This document shows, in pieces, positions 49,584 through 59,075 of a stretch of 64,000 nucleotides of DNA. The DNA is taken from assembly GCA_902785425.1 (NCBI GenBank), contig CACZYP010000001.1, positions 1 to 64,000 on the forward strand, read 5' to 3'. A model generated the notes under the pieces. It searched no databases. It saw nothing but the letters and a program-made list of their open reading frames with translations, and was not told where the DNA came from. The position numbers and the translations under genes were made by a program. This stretch comes from an uncultured Ruminococcus sp. GTDB taxonomy: Bacteria > Bacillota > Clostridia > Oscillospirales > Acutalibacteraceae. The number at the start of each line of letters is the position of its first letter. The stretch's first letter is position 1.

Positions 49584-50360
49584 TTGTTTATGGAAAAACA
49601 CACTGAAGAAAAAAACAGACGCCAGAGCGATGTTATCTTTGGCAGAAATCCTGTTTTTGAGGCCGTCAAAAGCGGCAGACCGATCGAATCGATCCTTATA
49701 GCGGCAGGCTCAAAGGGAGGCACCGTTTCGGTGATACTCGCCAAGGCAAAGCAGCAGGGGATCGTAATCAAAGAAGTAAATCCGAAAAAGCTCGACTTTA
49801 TGTGCGGCAGCACGGCGCATCAGGGCATAGCGGCTATCGCTGCGGTGAAAGAGTATTCCACCGTTGAGGATATCCTTGACTATGCGAATGAAAAGGGCGA
49901 AGATCCTTTCATCATTATCCTTGATGAGCTTGAAGATCCGCACAATCTCGGCGCAATTATCAGAACGGCGGAATGCGTCGGCGCTCACGGTGTTATCGTT
50001 TCACAGCGCAGAAGCGCAGGCCTTACGTTCGCCGCAGGCAAAGCGTCTGCAGGTGCTGTGGAATATCAGCGTGTTGCGAGAGTCGTCAATATGGCGAATA
50101 CGATCGAGCAGCTTAAGAAAAAAGGCGTGTGGGTATATGCCGCCGATATGGACGGCTCGCTTTATACGTCTACCGATCTGACAGGCCCTGTGGCTATCGT
50201 CATCGGCAATGAGGGCAAAGGCGTAAGTCCTCTCGTTGCGAAAAAGTGCGATGCAGTCATTTCGCTGCCTATGGTCGGGAAGATCAATTCACTGAATGCA
50301 TCAGTTGCGGCAGGCGTGCTTGCCTACGAGGTGTTCAGACAAAGATCTTCAAAAAAATAA
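49584..50360 (+). CDS. rlmB: 23S rRNA (guanosine-2'-O)-methyltransferase RlmB (SpoU/TrmH family).
   Basis: It has SpoU_sub_bind and SpoU methylase motifs (IILDELEDPHNLGAIIRTAE, GNEGKGVS). The start is either TTG at 49584 or ATG at 49590. Confidence 0.88.
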   Translation: MFMEKHTEEKNRRQSDVIFGRNPVFEAVKSGRPIESILIAAGSKGGTVSVILAKAKQQGIVIKEVNPKKLDFMCGSTAHQGIAAIAAVKEYSTVEDILDYANEKGEDPFIIILDELEDPHNLGAIIRTAECVGAHGVIVSQRRSAGLTFAAGKASAGAVEYQRVARVVNMANTIEQLKKKGVWVYAADMDGSLYTSTDLTGPVAIVIGNEGKGVSPLVAKKCDAVISLPMVGKINSLNASVAAGVLAYEVFRQRSSKK

Positions 50361-50412
50361 ATTGAAATTAAGATAAGTTTACGTAATAAACGTTATAAAA
50401 ATAACGAAAGGG

Positions 50413-53400
50413 GTGAAGTGTGTGTCTGATCGTGACGATATTGATGTAGTTAAAACAGCGGAGAAAAACTCCGCCGACGATACAATACGTCAGAATTACC
50501 CCATAGATGATACCGAAAACGGTACGAAAAAGAAGCTCGGTTTTCTCAACATGGTAAAAAAGATGCTTTCGACGGACGAAGATCCCGAAGCCGAAAGCAG
50601 TGAGTCCGTAAGCGAGGACGACAATATGTTCGGCTCTCTTATCGGGCGTCTGAAAAAGCCGTCGGAGAAAAGCGGGGAAGCACCATCTTCCGAGAGCTTC
50701 GATTCCGATACACCAAACGATAAACAGACATTCGATAATATAGCGGCAGAAAACAGCAAGCCAAAGCAAGCTGAAAAGCCGCAGCCCGAAAAGGAGAACG
50801 ACTCCGCCGAAGAGGAAGAGCTTCTTATGATAGATGCTTTCTTAAGCGGCGAGGAATATACTCCGGAGAAAAAAGAAGAACCCGACTTGAGCGGCGCTTT
50901 TGAAGAGGAAGAGGTCGTATTCGTTGATTTTGACACCGACGATGATGCGCAAGAGGTGAGCGGTGATGATACGCCTGAAAGCAAGGACGAAACTGAACCT
51001 GCTGAAACAAGCGGCGAGGCTGACTCTGCCGCTGAGGATAGTGTGCTCACTGAAAAGACCCGGCTCGCCGAACAGACTGATAATAGCGAGGGTGAAGCTG
51101 CCGAAGTCTCTGATGAAGAAAAATCAGATCCCGAAGCTGCGCTCGAAAAACAAGTCGAGAGTGAAGATATTGAAAACGCTGATGCTTCCGAAAAGCCGAA
51201 CGATGCTGATAGCAGTAAGAGTGACGGGGAAGCGGCAGAAATAGAAGAGGACGAAGAGTTCGTTCTTGAAGAAGAAAAGCCCTTCGACGAGGAAGACGAT
51301 CTTTCGGCGCACGCAGAGGAATCCGATGATTTCAGCGACCTTTCCACAATTTTTGAAGACGATGAGGAAAAGTCGGAGAAGAAAGAAAAAGAGCCCGATA
51401 CGAAGGAATACGAAGCCGAGCCGATCGACATAGACAACGGCGAAAGCGGCGAAGATCCCGAAAGCGATATAGCCGAGGACGATTCCGACAAAGCAGAAGA
51501 AACCGAAAAATCCGAAGAAACATCGGATAATAAGGCAGAGGATAAGACGGAAGAAAAAACCGAGGACAAGACCGAAGAGAAGTCCGATGAAAAATCCGAG
51601 GAGAGATCCGAAGAGCCTTCTGCCGAAAAAGAAGAAAAAGAGGAAGAACAAGGCAAGTCCGAGGGAAAAACTGAAGAAAAGCCCGAAGACAAGCCGCAGG
51701 AAAAGCTTGAAGAGCCTGCTTCCGAAGAGGCAAAGACCGATAATGAATCGGCTGACGATAAGGCGTCGGAAGAAAAAGAGCCGGAGAAGAATCCCGCAAA
51801 CGGAGCAAAGGTCTTTTTCGGACGTGTGAAGTCTAAGCTTGCAGAGCTTTGGAACGCCAAGAACGAGCAGGAAAAGGCTGCCGATAATAATACGGAAGAC
51901 CCGTTCGTATCGGAGCTTATTTCCGACACAAATACGGAAGAAAAAACCGAAACGGCTTCCGAAGATACTGCGCAGGCAAATTCCGAGGAGAAATCGGAAG
52001 AAAAGCCTGCGGAAGCTTCCGAAGAGAAGCCTTCCGAGGAAAAGCCGGAAGAAAACACCGATAAAAAACCGGAAGAGCAGCAAAAAGCCGAAGCCGATGA
52101 GCAGAAGCTGTCGGAAGGTTCAGCTGTAGACGCACCGTCTGAGAAAACTCAAAAGGATACGGAAACAGACGCTTCCGAAGAAACAAAGTCCGAAGCAGCG
52201 ACCGAAAACGACGTCGCCGAGGACGAAAAGGACGATAAGACAGAAGAAGATCAGACGGAGCGCAAAGTTCCGATGATCTCCGTTATCAAGAACGAAAACG
52301 TTACAAAGACGGAGTTTGACGAAGAAAAGCTCAGAGGCAGCCTTAACGTTATCGAACGCAAGGCTACCGATGTTCTTACAGACGAGCAGCGCCGTGAGAT
52401 CGAGCAGAGCAAGCGTGAGCTTGAAAAAGTGAGCGAGCTTGAAGAAAAAGCAACCGCCGAGCGTGAGGAGCTTCGCCGTGAGAAAGAGCTTCGCAAGGCT
52501 AAAGAAGCGGAAGCTGCAAGGTCGATCGTCACAGAGCTTGATGTTGGCGGATATCGTCCCGAAGACAGGAAAAACTCCATCAAGTTCCCGACAGGTAAGT
52601 TCAGCGATTCGGTAAGAGCCGAATATGAATGTATCGTCAACTACAACCGCATGATAAGCGTTTCGACCGACGAAAACCTCATCAAAGAGATCAAAAAGGT
52701 CGAAGCCGAGAGCAGCACTCCCGCAGAGCAGCCGAAAAAAGAAGCTGAGGCTGTTGCCGAGTCGGGAGAAAGCAGTGCAAACGAGATACTTAAAGAAGCC
52801 CGTGATTACGAAAGAAATCACGATAAGGTAGAAAGCCTGGGCAACAAGCTCGATTATCAGGATAAGAAAAATCCCGAGCCTGTTGAGTACAGAACTGAAA
52901 CGGATGACGCCGAGGTAAAGAGTTATCTGACTAACAGACGTAAATCCGATTTCCTTACGTTCGGCATCACGGCAGGACTTACGGCCGCAGCGTTTATCTT
53001 CTCGCTGTTTGCAGCTAAGTTCACGGTAGGCGCAGGCACGTCTGCTGCTGCCGGTCCGCAGAGAATATTTGCGCTGATAAATCTTCTGCTGTACGCAGGC
53101 GCTGTATTCTTCTGCAAGGATATGATAATAAGCGGTCTTATGCCGCTCAAAAAGTTCAAGGCTACTCCCGACACGGGCGTTGCACTGGCGAGTGCGGCGG
53201 CGGCGCTGCAGTCTTTGCTTGCGCTCATAACGCCGAAGCCTTTCATGACGCAGGGACTTAACGTGTATACGCTTGTTGTTATGCTTGCACTTACACTGTT
53301 CACTGCGGGCAGATACTTAAATTCCGACAGAGCTTTGTCGAACTTCCGTTTCGTTTCCGATTCGGAGCAGAAATATGCAGGTAAGTTCTTTACCGACGCA

Positions 53401-54633
53401 AGAACTGTAGCAAAGCTTCTGAGCGGTACAAAGAACGAGAAAACAGAGTTCTCGTTCCAGAAGAAAACAGCATTTCTTTCTCACTTTGTGAGACTTTCCA
53501 ATGCCGAAGATCCCGGCGACAAGCTTGCCGCATCGTTCTCGCTTGCGGCTCTCATAGCAGCTGTATTCGCCGCATTGATCGCAGGCATTATGTCAAAAAG
53601 TTTCTTTGACGCAATATCGGTTATTTGCATCATGCTTTGCGCAGGCATACCGATAAGCTCAAGAACGCTCGGCTCATGGCCGCTGAGAAAGCTCGCAAAG
53701 CGTGCTCTTGTCAACAAGTCGATGGTTGTAGGTTATCCTGCAGTTGAGACGTTCTCCGAGAGCGCAGCTGTAATGATCGACGCCAAGGATCTTTATCCGG
53801 CAGGCTCGATCGAGATAACACGCTCCATCAAATATGACAGCATTCATTGGCAGAACGGCATATACGCTGCGGCAGCTGTTACACTCGCTGCAGGCGGAGC
53901 TGTTTCGGGCGTATTCGAGCAGCTTGTCAAGGATAACGGCCAGTTCAGCATACCTACCGCCGAGGGCGTAATGTATGAAGACAACAAGGGTCTTCTCGGC
54001 TGGGTAAACGGCGTACGTGTTCTTGTGGGCAACAGACAGCTTCTTCTGAGCCATGTCGTTCCGGTTGTTTCCGAGGGTCAGGACGATGAATATAAAGCAA
54101 ACGGCGACGAACCGCTTTATATCGCATACGGTCAGAAACTCGTTGCGGTAATCACGGTTCGATACTCGGCAAGCCGACGTGTTTCCGATACGCTCAAGCG
54201 CATGGAAGCAAGCGGAATGAGCCTGCTTGTCCGCACAACGGACGCAAATATCACAGCCGAGCGCATCTCGAAAGATTTCGGCGTGAGAAATCAGAACATA
54301 AAAGTTCTTGAACAAAAGGTATTTAACTACATTCGTGACGAGATGGTCGGCAAGGAGCGCACATCGCCTGCGTATATCGCAACAAAGGGCGGCGTTACTT
54401 CGTTCGGGCTTGCGGTCAGCGAATGCGTTCAGACGAAGCGTGATATCTCGCTCTCAACCGCAGTGGAGATAGCAGGCACGCTTATCAAGATGCTCATAAT
54501 CTGTGCGATCGTTCTCTTTGCGGGAATACATCAGATCGGCGCAGTACAGCTCTTCATCTTCTCGCTTATGTGGGCAGCCGTAGTTCTCTGCGCTCCCGCA
54601 CTTGTTCAGAAGGTACAGGGAGCGAAACACTGA
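50413..54633 (+). CDS. Giant two-part protein of 1406 aa. The N-terminus is an approximately 820-aa polyacidic low-complexity region, and the C-terminus is a membrane domain resembling a catalytically degenerate P1B-type (heavy-metal) P-type ATPase.
   Basis: The tail aligns by eye to CopA-type signatures, but every catalytic motif is altered. CPC in the TM6 equivalent becomes CAG (MLCAGIPISS), DKTGT becomes DAKDL (VETFSESAAVMIDAKDLY), TGDN becomes TDAN (LLVRTTDANITAERISKDFGV), and the A-domain is shortened with no TGES. The alternative GTG start at 50422 follows AAAGGGG. Confidence 0.7.
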   Translation: MKCVSDRDDIDVVKTAEKNSADDTIRQNYPIDDTENGTKKKLGFLNMVKKMLSTDEDPEAESSESVSEDDNMFGSLIGRLKKPSEKSGEAPSSESFDSDTPNDKQTFDNIAAENSKPKQAEKPQPEKENDSAEEEELLMIDAFLSGEEYTPEKKEEPDLSGAFEEEEVVFVDFDTDDDAQEVSGDDTPESKDETEPAETSGEADSAAEDSVLTEKTRLAEQTDNSEGEAAEVSDEEKSDPEAALEKQVESEDIENADASEKPNDADSSKSDGEAAEIEEDEEFVLEEEKPFDEEDDLSAHAEESDDFSDLSTIFEDDEEKSEKKEKEPDTKEYEAEPIDIDNGESGEDPESDIAEDDSDKAEETEKSEETSDNKAEDKTEEKTEDKTEEKSDEKSEERSEEPSAEKEEKEEEQGKSEGKTEEKPEDKPQEKLEEPASEEAKTDNESADDKASEEKEPEKNPANGAKVFFGRVKSKLAELWNAKNEQEKAADNNTEDPFVSELISDTNTEEKTETASEDTAQANSEEKSEEKPAEASEEKPSEEKPEENTDKKPEEQQKAEADEQKLSEGSAVDAPSEKTQKDTETDASEETKSEAATENDVAEDEKDDKTEEDQTERKVPMISVIKNENVTKTEFDEEKLRGSLNVIERKATDVLTDEQRREIEQSKRELEKVSELEEKATAEREELRREKELRKAKEAEAARSIVTELDVGGYRPEDRKNSIKFPTGKFSDSVRAEYECIVNYNRMISVSTDENLIKEIKKVEAESSTPAEQPKKEAEAVAESGESSANEILKEARDYERNHDKVESLGNKLDYQDKKNPEPVEYRTETDDAEVKSYLTNRRKSDFLTFGITAGLTAAAFIFSLFAAKFTVGAGTSAAAGPQRIFALINLLLYAGAVFFCKDMIISGLMPLKKFKATPDTGVALASAAAALQSLLALITPKPFMTQGLNVYTLVVMLALTLFTAGRYLNSDRALSNFRFVSDSEQKYAGKFFTDARTVAKLLSGTKNEKTEFSFQKKTAFLSHFVRLSNAEDPGDKLAASFSLAALIAAVFAALIAGIMSKSFFDAISVICIMLCAGIPISSRTLGSWPLRKLAKRALVNKSMVVGYPAVETFSESAAVMIDAKDLYPAGSIEITRSIKYDSIHWQNGIYAAAAVTLAAGGAVSGVFEQLVKDNGQFSIPTAEGVMYEDNKGLLGWVNGVRVLVGNRQLLLSHVVPVVSEGQDDEYKANGDEPLYIAYGQKLVAVITVRYSASRRVSDTLKRMEASGMSLLVRTTDANITAERISKDFGVRNQNIKVLEQKVFNYIRDEMVGKERTSPAYIATKGGVTSFGLAVSECVQTKRDISLSTAVEIAGTLIKMLIICAIVLFAGIHQIGAVQLFIFSLMWAAVVLCAPALVQKVQGAKH

Positions 54634-54652
54634 CAAAAAGTGCGGCGTTATA

Positions 54653-54683
54653 TAAAAGTGCGGTCTTATGACCGCACTTTTAT
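54653..54683 (+). terminator. Terminator after the giant gene.
   Basis: The hairpin is aagtgcggtc-ttat-gaccgcactt, followed by ttatc. Confidence 0.6.
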
Positions 54684-54685
54684 CA

Positions 54686-54925
54686 ATGGAAAATGGAAAA
54701 TTGAAAATTGAAAATTGCGGAGTCGCTGCGCTCCTGATTTTATATCAGTGGTTCCTTAGTTTATTCAGACTAAATAGTTATCTCACGGCAGTGAATAAAG
54801 TATGGTATTAGGAGGACTAATACAGATTCAACTTTCCACACTTCACATTCCACATTAAAAAACAGGAGCTAAGCGACTCCGAAATTGTCCATTATCAATT
54901 GTCAACTGTCAATTGCCAATGGTAC
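54686..54925. repeat. Long compound family A element of about 240 bp. It includes the internal module ttattcagactaaatagttatctcacggcagtgaataaagtatgg and a second inverted end module.
   Basis: It is visible, and the same long form occurs at 60888-61073 and 63742-64000. Confidence 0.85.
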
Positions 54926-54992
54926 AAGTACGTTCAAAAATGCGCTTTATTTTAGAGTTTTAAAGAGATATTTTAAAGGGAGGATCTTATTC

Positions 54993-55643
54993 ATGAAAAT
55001 TGCACCGTCATTTTTATCGTGTGACTTTTCAAAGCTCGGTGAGGAGCTTGTAAGGATGGACAAGGCAGGGGCGGATCTTATCCACCTCGACGTTATGGAC
55101 GGACATTTTGTTCCGAATATCACATTCGGTGCGCCCGTTATCAAGTGGGGCAGACCGTACACAAAACTGCCGTTCGACGTTCACCTTATGATAAGCGAGC
55201 CGCACAGATACATCAAGGATTTTGCGGAAGCAGGTGCGGATATCATTACTATCCATGTTGAGTGCGACAGCGATATCGGCGAGACGCTTGACCTTATAAA
55301 CAGCTATGGCATCAAGGCTGCTCTTTCCGTAAAGCCTAATACGCCTGCAAGCGCAGTGTTCCCGTATATCGACAAGCTTTATATGGTGCTTGTTATGACG
55401 GTAGAGCCGGGTTTCGGCGGTCAGTCGTTCATGGCTGATATGCTTCCGAAAGTAAAAGAGATAAAGGATTACGCAAAGAGCGTGGGACATGATATCGTTA
55501 TCGAAGCGGACGGCGGCATAAACGAGGCAACTATTGCTCAGTGCAGCGAAGCCGGCATCGACATCAGCGTGTCCGGTACAGGCGTATTCAAAGCAGACGA
55601 CGCAGCGGCGGCTATCGCTGATCTTAAGAAATTAAGCAAATGA
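54993..55643 (+). CDS. rpe: Ribulose-phosphate 3-epimerase.
   Basis: The start reads MKIAPSFLSCDFSKLGEEL. Motifs HLDVMDGHFVPN and GGQSF are present, and GGGAGG serves as its RBS. Confidence 0.92.
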   Translation: MKIAPSFLSCDFSKLGEELVRMDKAGADLIHLDVMDGHFVPNITFGAPVIKWGRPYTKLPFDVHLMISEPHRYIKDFAEAGADIITIHVECDSDIGETLDLINSYGIKAALSVKPNTPASAVFPYIDKLYMVLVMTVEPGFGGQSFMADMLPKVKEIKDYAKSVGHDIVIEADGGINEATIAQCSEAGIDISVSGTGVFKADDAAAAIADLKKLSK

Positions 55644-56437
55644 AGAACGGTTCAGTAAAGCTTGACAATACGGAAATGTACTACGTTTCTTTCGGCAGCG
55701 GCGAAAAAACGCTTATTGTTCTGCCCGGCCTTTCAGACGGGCTTATGACAGTCAAGGGCAAAGCACTGCTTCTTTCAAAGCCGTATAAGCCGTTTTTTAA
55801 AGAGTACACCGTATATATGTTCAGCAGAAAAAACGATATGCCGAGCGGCTATTCCATAAAGGATATGGCGGCGGATCAGGCGAAAGCCCTGAAAACTCTC
55901 GGAATTGAAAAGACTTCTGTGCTCGGAGTATCGCAGGGCGGTATGATATCACAGTGCTTTGCGATAGACTATCCCGAGCTTGTCGAAAAGCTTGTTGTGG
56001 CAGTGTCTGCTCCGTATGCAAACAAGACTGTTACGGAAAACGTCAGCAGGTGGATAGAGTACGCCAAAGACGGAGATCATAAGAACCTTATGATAGACAC
56101 CGCCGAAAAGGGCTACTCGCCGCAGTATCTTAAAAAATACCGCAAGTTCTATCCGTTTATAGGCTTGTTTGCAAAACCGTCCGATTACGGCAGATTTTTG
56201 AAAAACGCCGAGGCTATACTTCGCTTCGATGCTTTATCCGAACTTGAAAACATCAAATGTCCGACACTGATAATAGGCGGAGATATTGATGCAACAGTCA
56301 CCGCCGAGGCTTCATATGAGATGCATGAGCATATTAAGGGCAGTGAGCTGTATATGTATGAAGGACTCGGTCATGCGGCTTACGAAGAGGCGAAGGACTT
56401 TTATGATAGAGTGTTCGGCTTTATAATTGACAATTGA
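55640..56437 (+). CDS. Alpha/beta hydrolase fold protein.
   Basis: It has the nucleophile elbow GVSQGG. The last codons (…IIDN) and the TGA stop are supplied by a family A heptamer block. Confidence 0.75.
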   Translation: MKNGSVKLDNTEMYYVSFGSGEKTLIVLPGLSDGLMTVKGKALLLSKPYKPFFKEYTVYMFSRKNDMPSGYSIKDMAADQAKALKTLGIEKTSVLGVSQGGMISQCFAIDYPELVEKLVVAVSAPYANKTVTENVSRWIEYAKDGDHKNLMIDTAEKGYSPQYLKKYRKFYPFIGLFAKPSDYGRFLKNAEAILRFDALSELENIKCPTLIIGGDIDATVTAEASYEMHEHIKGSELYMYEGLGHAAYEEAKDFYDRVFGFIIDN

Positions 56438-56462
56438 CAATTGCGGAAGCACTTTGTGCTTG
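56423..56462. repeat. Family A fragment (left end gacaattgacaattgcggaagcactttgtgcttg).
   Basis: It is visible. Confidence 0.75.
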
Positions 56463-56508
56463 ATATAATAAGACCCGAAAGCATACAGCTTTCGGGTCTT
56501 ATTATATC
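56462..56508. terminator. Long palindromic bidirectional terminator.
   Basis: It reads ataataagacccgaaagc-atac-gctttcgggtcttattat. Confidence 0.65.
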
Positions 56509-56926
56509 AGTATTTACCTTTAACCAATAATCCGATAGGGAAAAAGATAACTAAAACGCCGATCCCGATAAACACAAAACCGATTATCGAAAAGATCTTT
56601 GTCATCAGCTGCTCTTCAACGGGAACGCTGATGTGCGTCGGGTCGTCGGGTTCAACCATGACCTTGTTTTCCGTTCCGAGAGCAGGCGGCTTGTTAGCGT
56701 ATACAGCCGAATGAGCCGTGTATTTTTTGCCGTCCATCTCAAACTCGTAAACGGGAGCGAAGTTTTCATTTTCATCATCGGGAACGTAATCTATAACAAC
56801 GCCCGTTGTTTCGTATGTGCAGTCCGCATTCAGCTTGCTTATAAGACCTGAAACGCCAAACGCAAACAGCGAACCGATAGAAATAAAAATTACCGCCAGA
56901 AGTGCTTTTACACCACGTGCTGTCAT
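56507..56926 (-). CDS. DUF3592-family membrane protein.
   Basis: It has two TMs and a central beta-rich domain, matching the DUF3592 architecture. Confidence 0.6.
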   Translation of the reverse strand: MTARGVKALLAVIFISIGSLFAFGVSGLISKLNADCTYETTGVVIDYVPDDENENFAPVYEFEMDGKKYTAHSAVYANKPPALGTENKVMVEPDDPTHISVPVEEQLMTKIFSIIGFVFIGIGVLVIFFPIGLLVKGKY

Positions 56927-56942
56927 ATCATAATACCTCCTG

Positions 56943-57767
56943 TCAGTCGAGTGTCAGGTCTATCCTGTTGTATCTTGCCACGCTCAGAACGAGGCTTGTC
57001 ACAGTTATAAGAAGTCCTGCCGCAATGCCGACAAGATACATTCTGCTTTCGCCTGCGATTATGCCGAACACGCTGATATATGTGTACGGCGAAAGGACCT
57101 TCAGAACGCTGAGCGCTTTTGAAAGCGAACCGAGAAGACCGAACAGCACCGTAACGGTAACGACTACAGCCGAAATGCTCGAAGCCTGCGAGCCGCTGTT
57201 CATGAATGTTGCGAGCAGAAACGATATCGCAAGATAGATTATCTCAATGAGCATAAATGCACCGACTGCCAGAAATACCTTGCCGATAAAGCTCATCTTG
57301 TTGTTTGCATAAAGAACGCCTGCCGAAACCACAGCAACGACGATGTTGTAGCAGAACAGCACCGCAAGCTGCGAAACGAAGCTTGTAAGCACGGCGCATA
57401 CTCTTGAAACAGGCAGTGAGTAAACGAATGTTATGTCGCTGTCGCCTCTGCCGTTGGTGTTTGCGGACGCCCCGAGATAGCTTGCATAAACGCAGCCGAC
57501 TATGAGCATAAGCTGCATACATACGCCGAAGTTTACGCCGAAATCCTTAAAGTCGGGCGTTGCTGTGCCTGCACTGCCCGAAACGGAACCGGGAATGCTT
57601 GCGAGCATGTCGCTCACAAAATCGGGAAGTCCTGCGCTCAGAAGATTCGAGAACATTACGACTATCAGAATGAACAGGCACAGTGAGATCGTAGACCACA
57701 CAATAAAATTCTTTGTTCTGCCTTTCAGCTTATAGCCGAGCAGCGGCACGGAAAAATACTCGTTCAT
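56943..57767 (-). CDS. ABC-2 type transporter permease.
   Basis: It has 6 TMs and is coupled to an upstream ATPase. Confidence 0.75.
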   Translation of the reverse strand: MNEYFSVPLLGYKLKGRTKNFIVWSTISLCLFILIVVMFSNLLSAGLPDFVSDMLASIPGSVSGSAGTATPDFKDFGVNFGVCMQLMLIVGCVYASYLGASANTNGRGDSDITFVYSLPVSRVCAVLTSFVSQLAVLFCYNIVVAVVSAGVLYANNKMSFIGKVFLAVGAFMLIEIIYLAISFLLATFMNSGSQASSISAVVVTVTVLFGLLGSLSKALSVLKVLSPYTYISVFGIIAGESRMYLVGIAAGLLITVTSLVLSVARYNRIDLTLD

Positions 57768-58672
57768 TATCTGTCACCTCCGTTTTCCTGCTCCATCTTT
57801 TTCTCGTAGTAGCGCACAAGCGCATCGCCGAGCGACGGCAGCGTTATTTGCAGGTCGTCAAGGTGATATTTTGTAAGTGCGCTTACAAGATCGTTGATGT
57901 CCTTTTTGTAAAGGAACGAGATGTAGCCGTTGTCCTCTGTTACCTCCGTTATGTGGAAGTAGGTGTAGAGTGCCGAAAGATCATCGCTCGTCTTTACGCT
58001 TACTCTTCTTGTGTCGCTCTTCAGCAGCACCTTCTTTTCCGATATCTCAAGCAGCGAGCCTTTTCTCATTATGGCGATACGGGAGCATATCTGCTGCAGA
58101 AGGTCAATGTTTCTGTCACTTATGATGACCGTAACGCCCTCTTTGTTGAGATCGAGAAGATAATGAGCAAGCTTGTTCTTCGTGTCTTTGTCGAGCGCCA
58201 CGAATGCGTTATCCATGATAACGAGCTTCGGGTTTCCCATCAGCGCAATTACGATAGCGATCTTCTTTCTGTTTGAAAGCGGCAGGCTGCCGATTCGCTT
58301 GTTTTTGTCAACGCTGAAATGCTTGCACAGCGACATTACCGATTCGTTGTCGGTTATGCCCTTGATCTTCGCCGCCGTTTTTACAACGTCGATAGCTTTC
58401 ATCGTTTCGCTGTACGTCGGGTTTGACGGCATGTAGCCGATGTTTCTTTTTCTGTCTGTCGAAAGTGAGGTCGAGCGCTGACCCATCACGGTGATATTTC
58501 CGCCCGTCGGTCGGATAAAGTCCATCATCAGGTTTATCATGGTGGACTTGCCGCTCTTCTTCGGGCCTGCTATGCCGAAGAAGTCGCCCTTGTTGACGAC
58601 AAAGGTCGTGTCGCCGAGAGCGGGGCGCTTGGTGTAATATTTAGAGACCTTGTCAAAGGTTATCATTTCCAA
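57767..58672 (-). CDS. ABC transporter ATP-binding protein.
   Basis: It has Walker A GPKKSGKST and Walker B VIMDNAF. Confidence 0.85.
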   Translation of the reverse strand: MEMITFDKVSKYYTKRPALGDTTFVVNKGDFFGIAGPKKSGKSTMINLMMDFIRPTGGNITVMGQRSTSLSTDRKRNIGYMPSNPTYSETMKAIDVVKTAAKIKGITDNESVMSLCKHFSVDKNKRIGSLPLSNRKKIAIVIALMGNPKLVIMDNAFVALDKDTKNKLAHYLLDLNKEGVTVIISDRNIDLLQQICSRIAIMRKGSLLEISEKKVLLKSDTRRVSVKTSDDLSALYTYFHITEVTEDNGYISFLYKKDINDLVSALTKYHLDDLQITLPSLGDALVRYYEKKMEQENGGDR

Positions 58673-59075
58673 CTTATTTAAACGCTCCTTTTCTATAGAT
58701 TCTTTTCATTTCTTAAGAAATTGTAATTTCTTTCCATATTAGATTATACTTAATTTTTGAAAACATTTCAACATATATTTTCGGATTTTCAAATTTTATT
58801 TTTTCCGGAGTTACAAAAAGAACCGAAAAATCGCACAAATAAAGGCTTTTTTGCAGTGGCTTCTTTAAAAATTCCGTAAGGAGTGCAGTTCGCACAAATT
58901 ATTATATGAAACAGGGGGATAATATCTATATGCAAACCGCTATTGTTACAAAGTTGTAATCGTCTGAAATCTTTACAAAGCTGCAATAATAGGGTATTAT
59001 TAGTATGTGTCCGAATATCGACATAAAATGACAAGTATATGAAATATCAGACGTTTTGAAGAAGAAGGAAAGAGA

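Noticed and set aside
50496-52083. Large minus-strand ORFs (520 aa Ser-rich, 319 aa Phe/Leu-rich) and several plus-frame Lys/Arg-rich ORFs inside the giant gene.
   Set aside because: They are antisense or alternate-frame readings of the GAA/GAG/AAG-rich acidic repeat region. Their extreme low-complexity composition is typical of shadow ORFs.
54885-54992. N-terminal extension MSIINCQLSI… on rpe, with the same prefix on tmcAL at 61038.
   Set aside because: The identical prefix is encoded by the family A repeat heptamers. The true starts are 54993 (GGGAGG RBS) and about 61074-61089.
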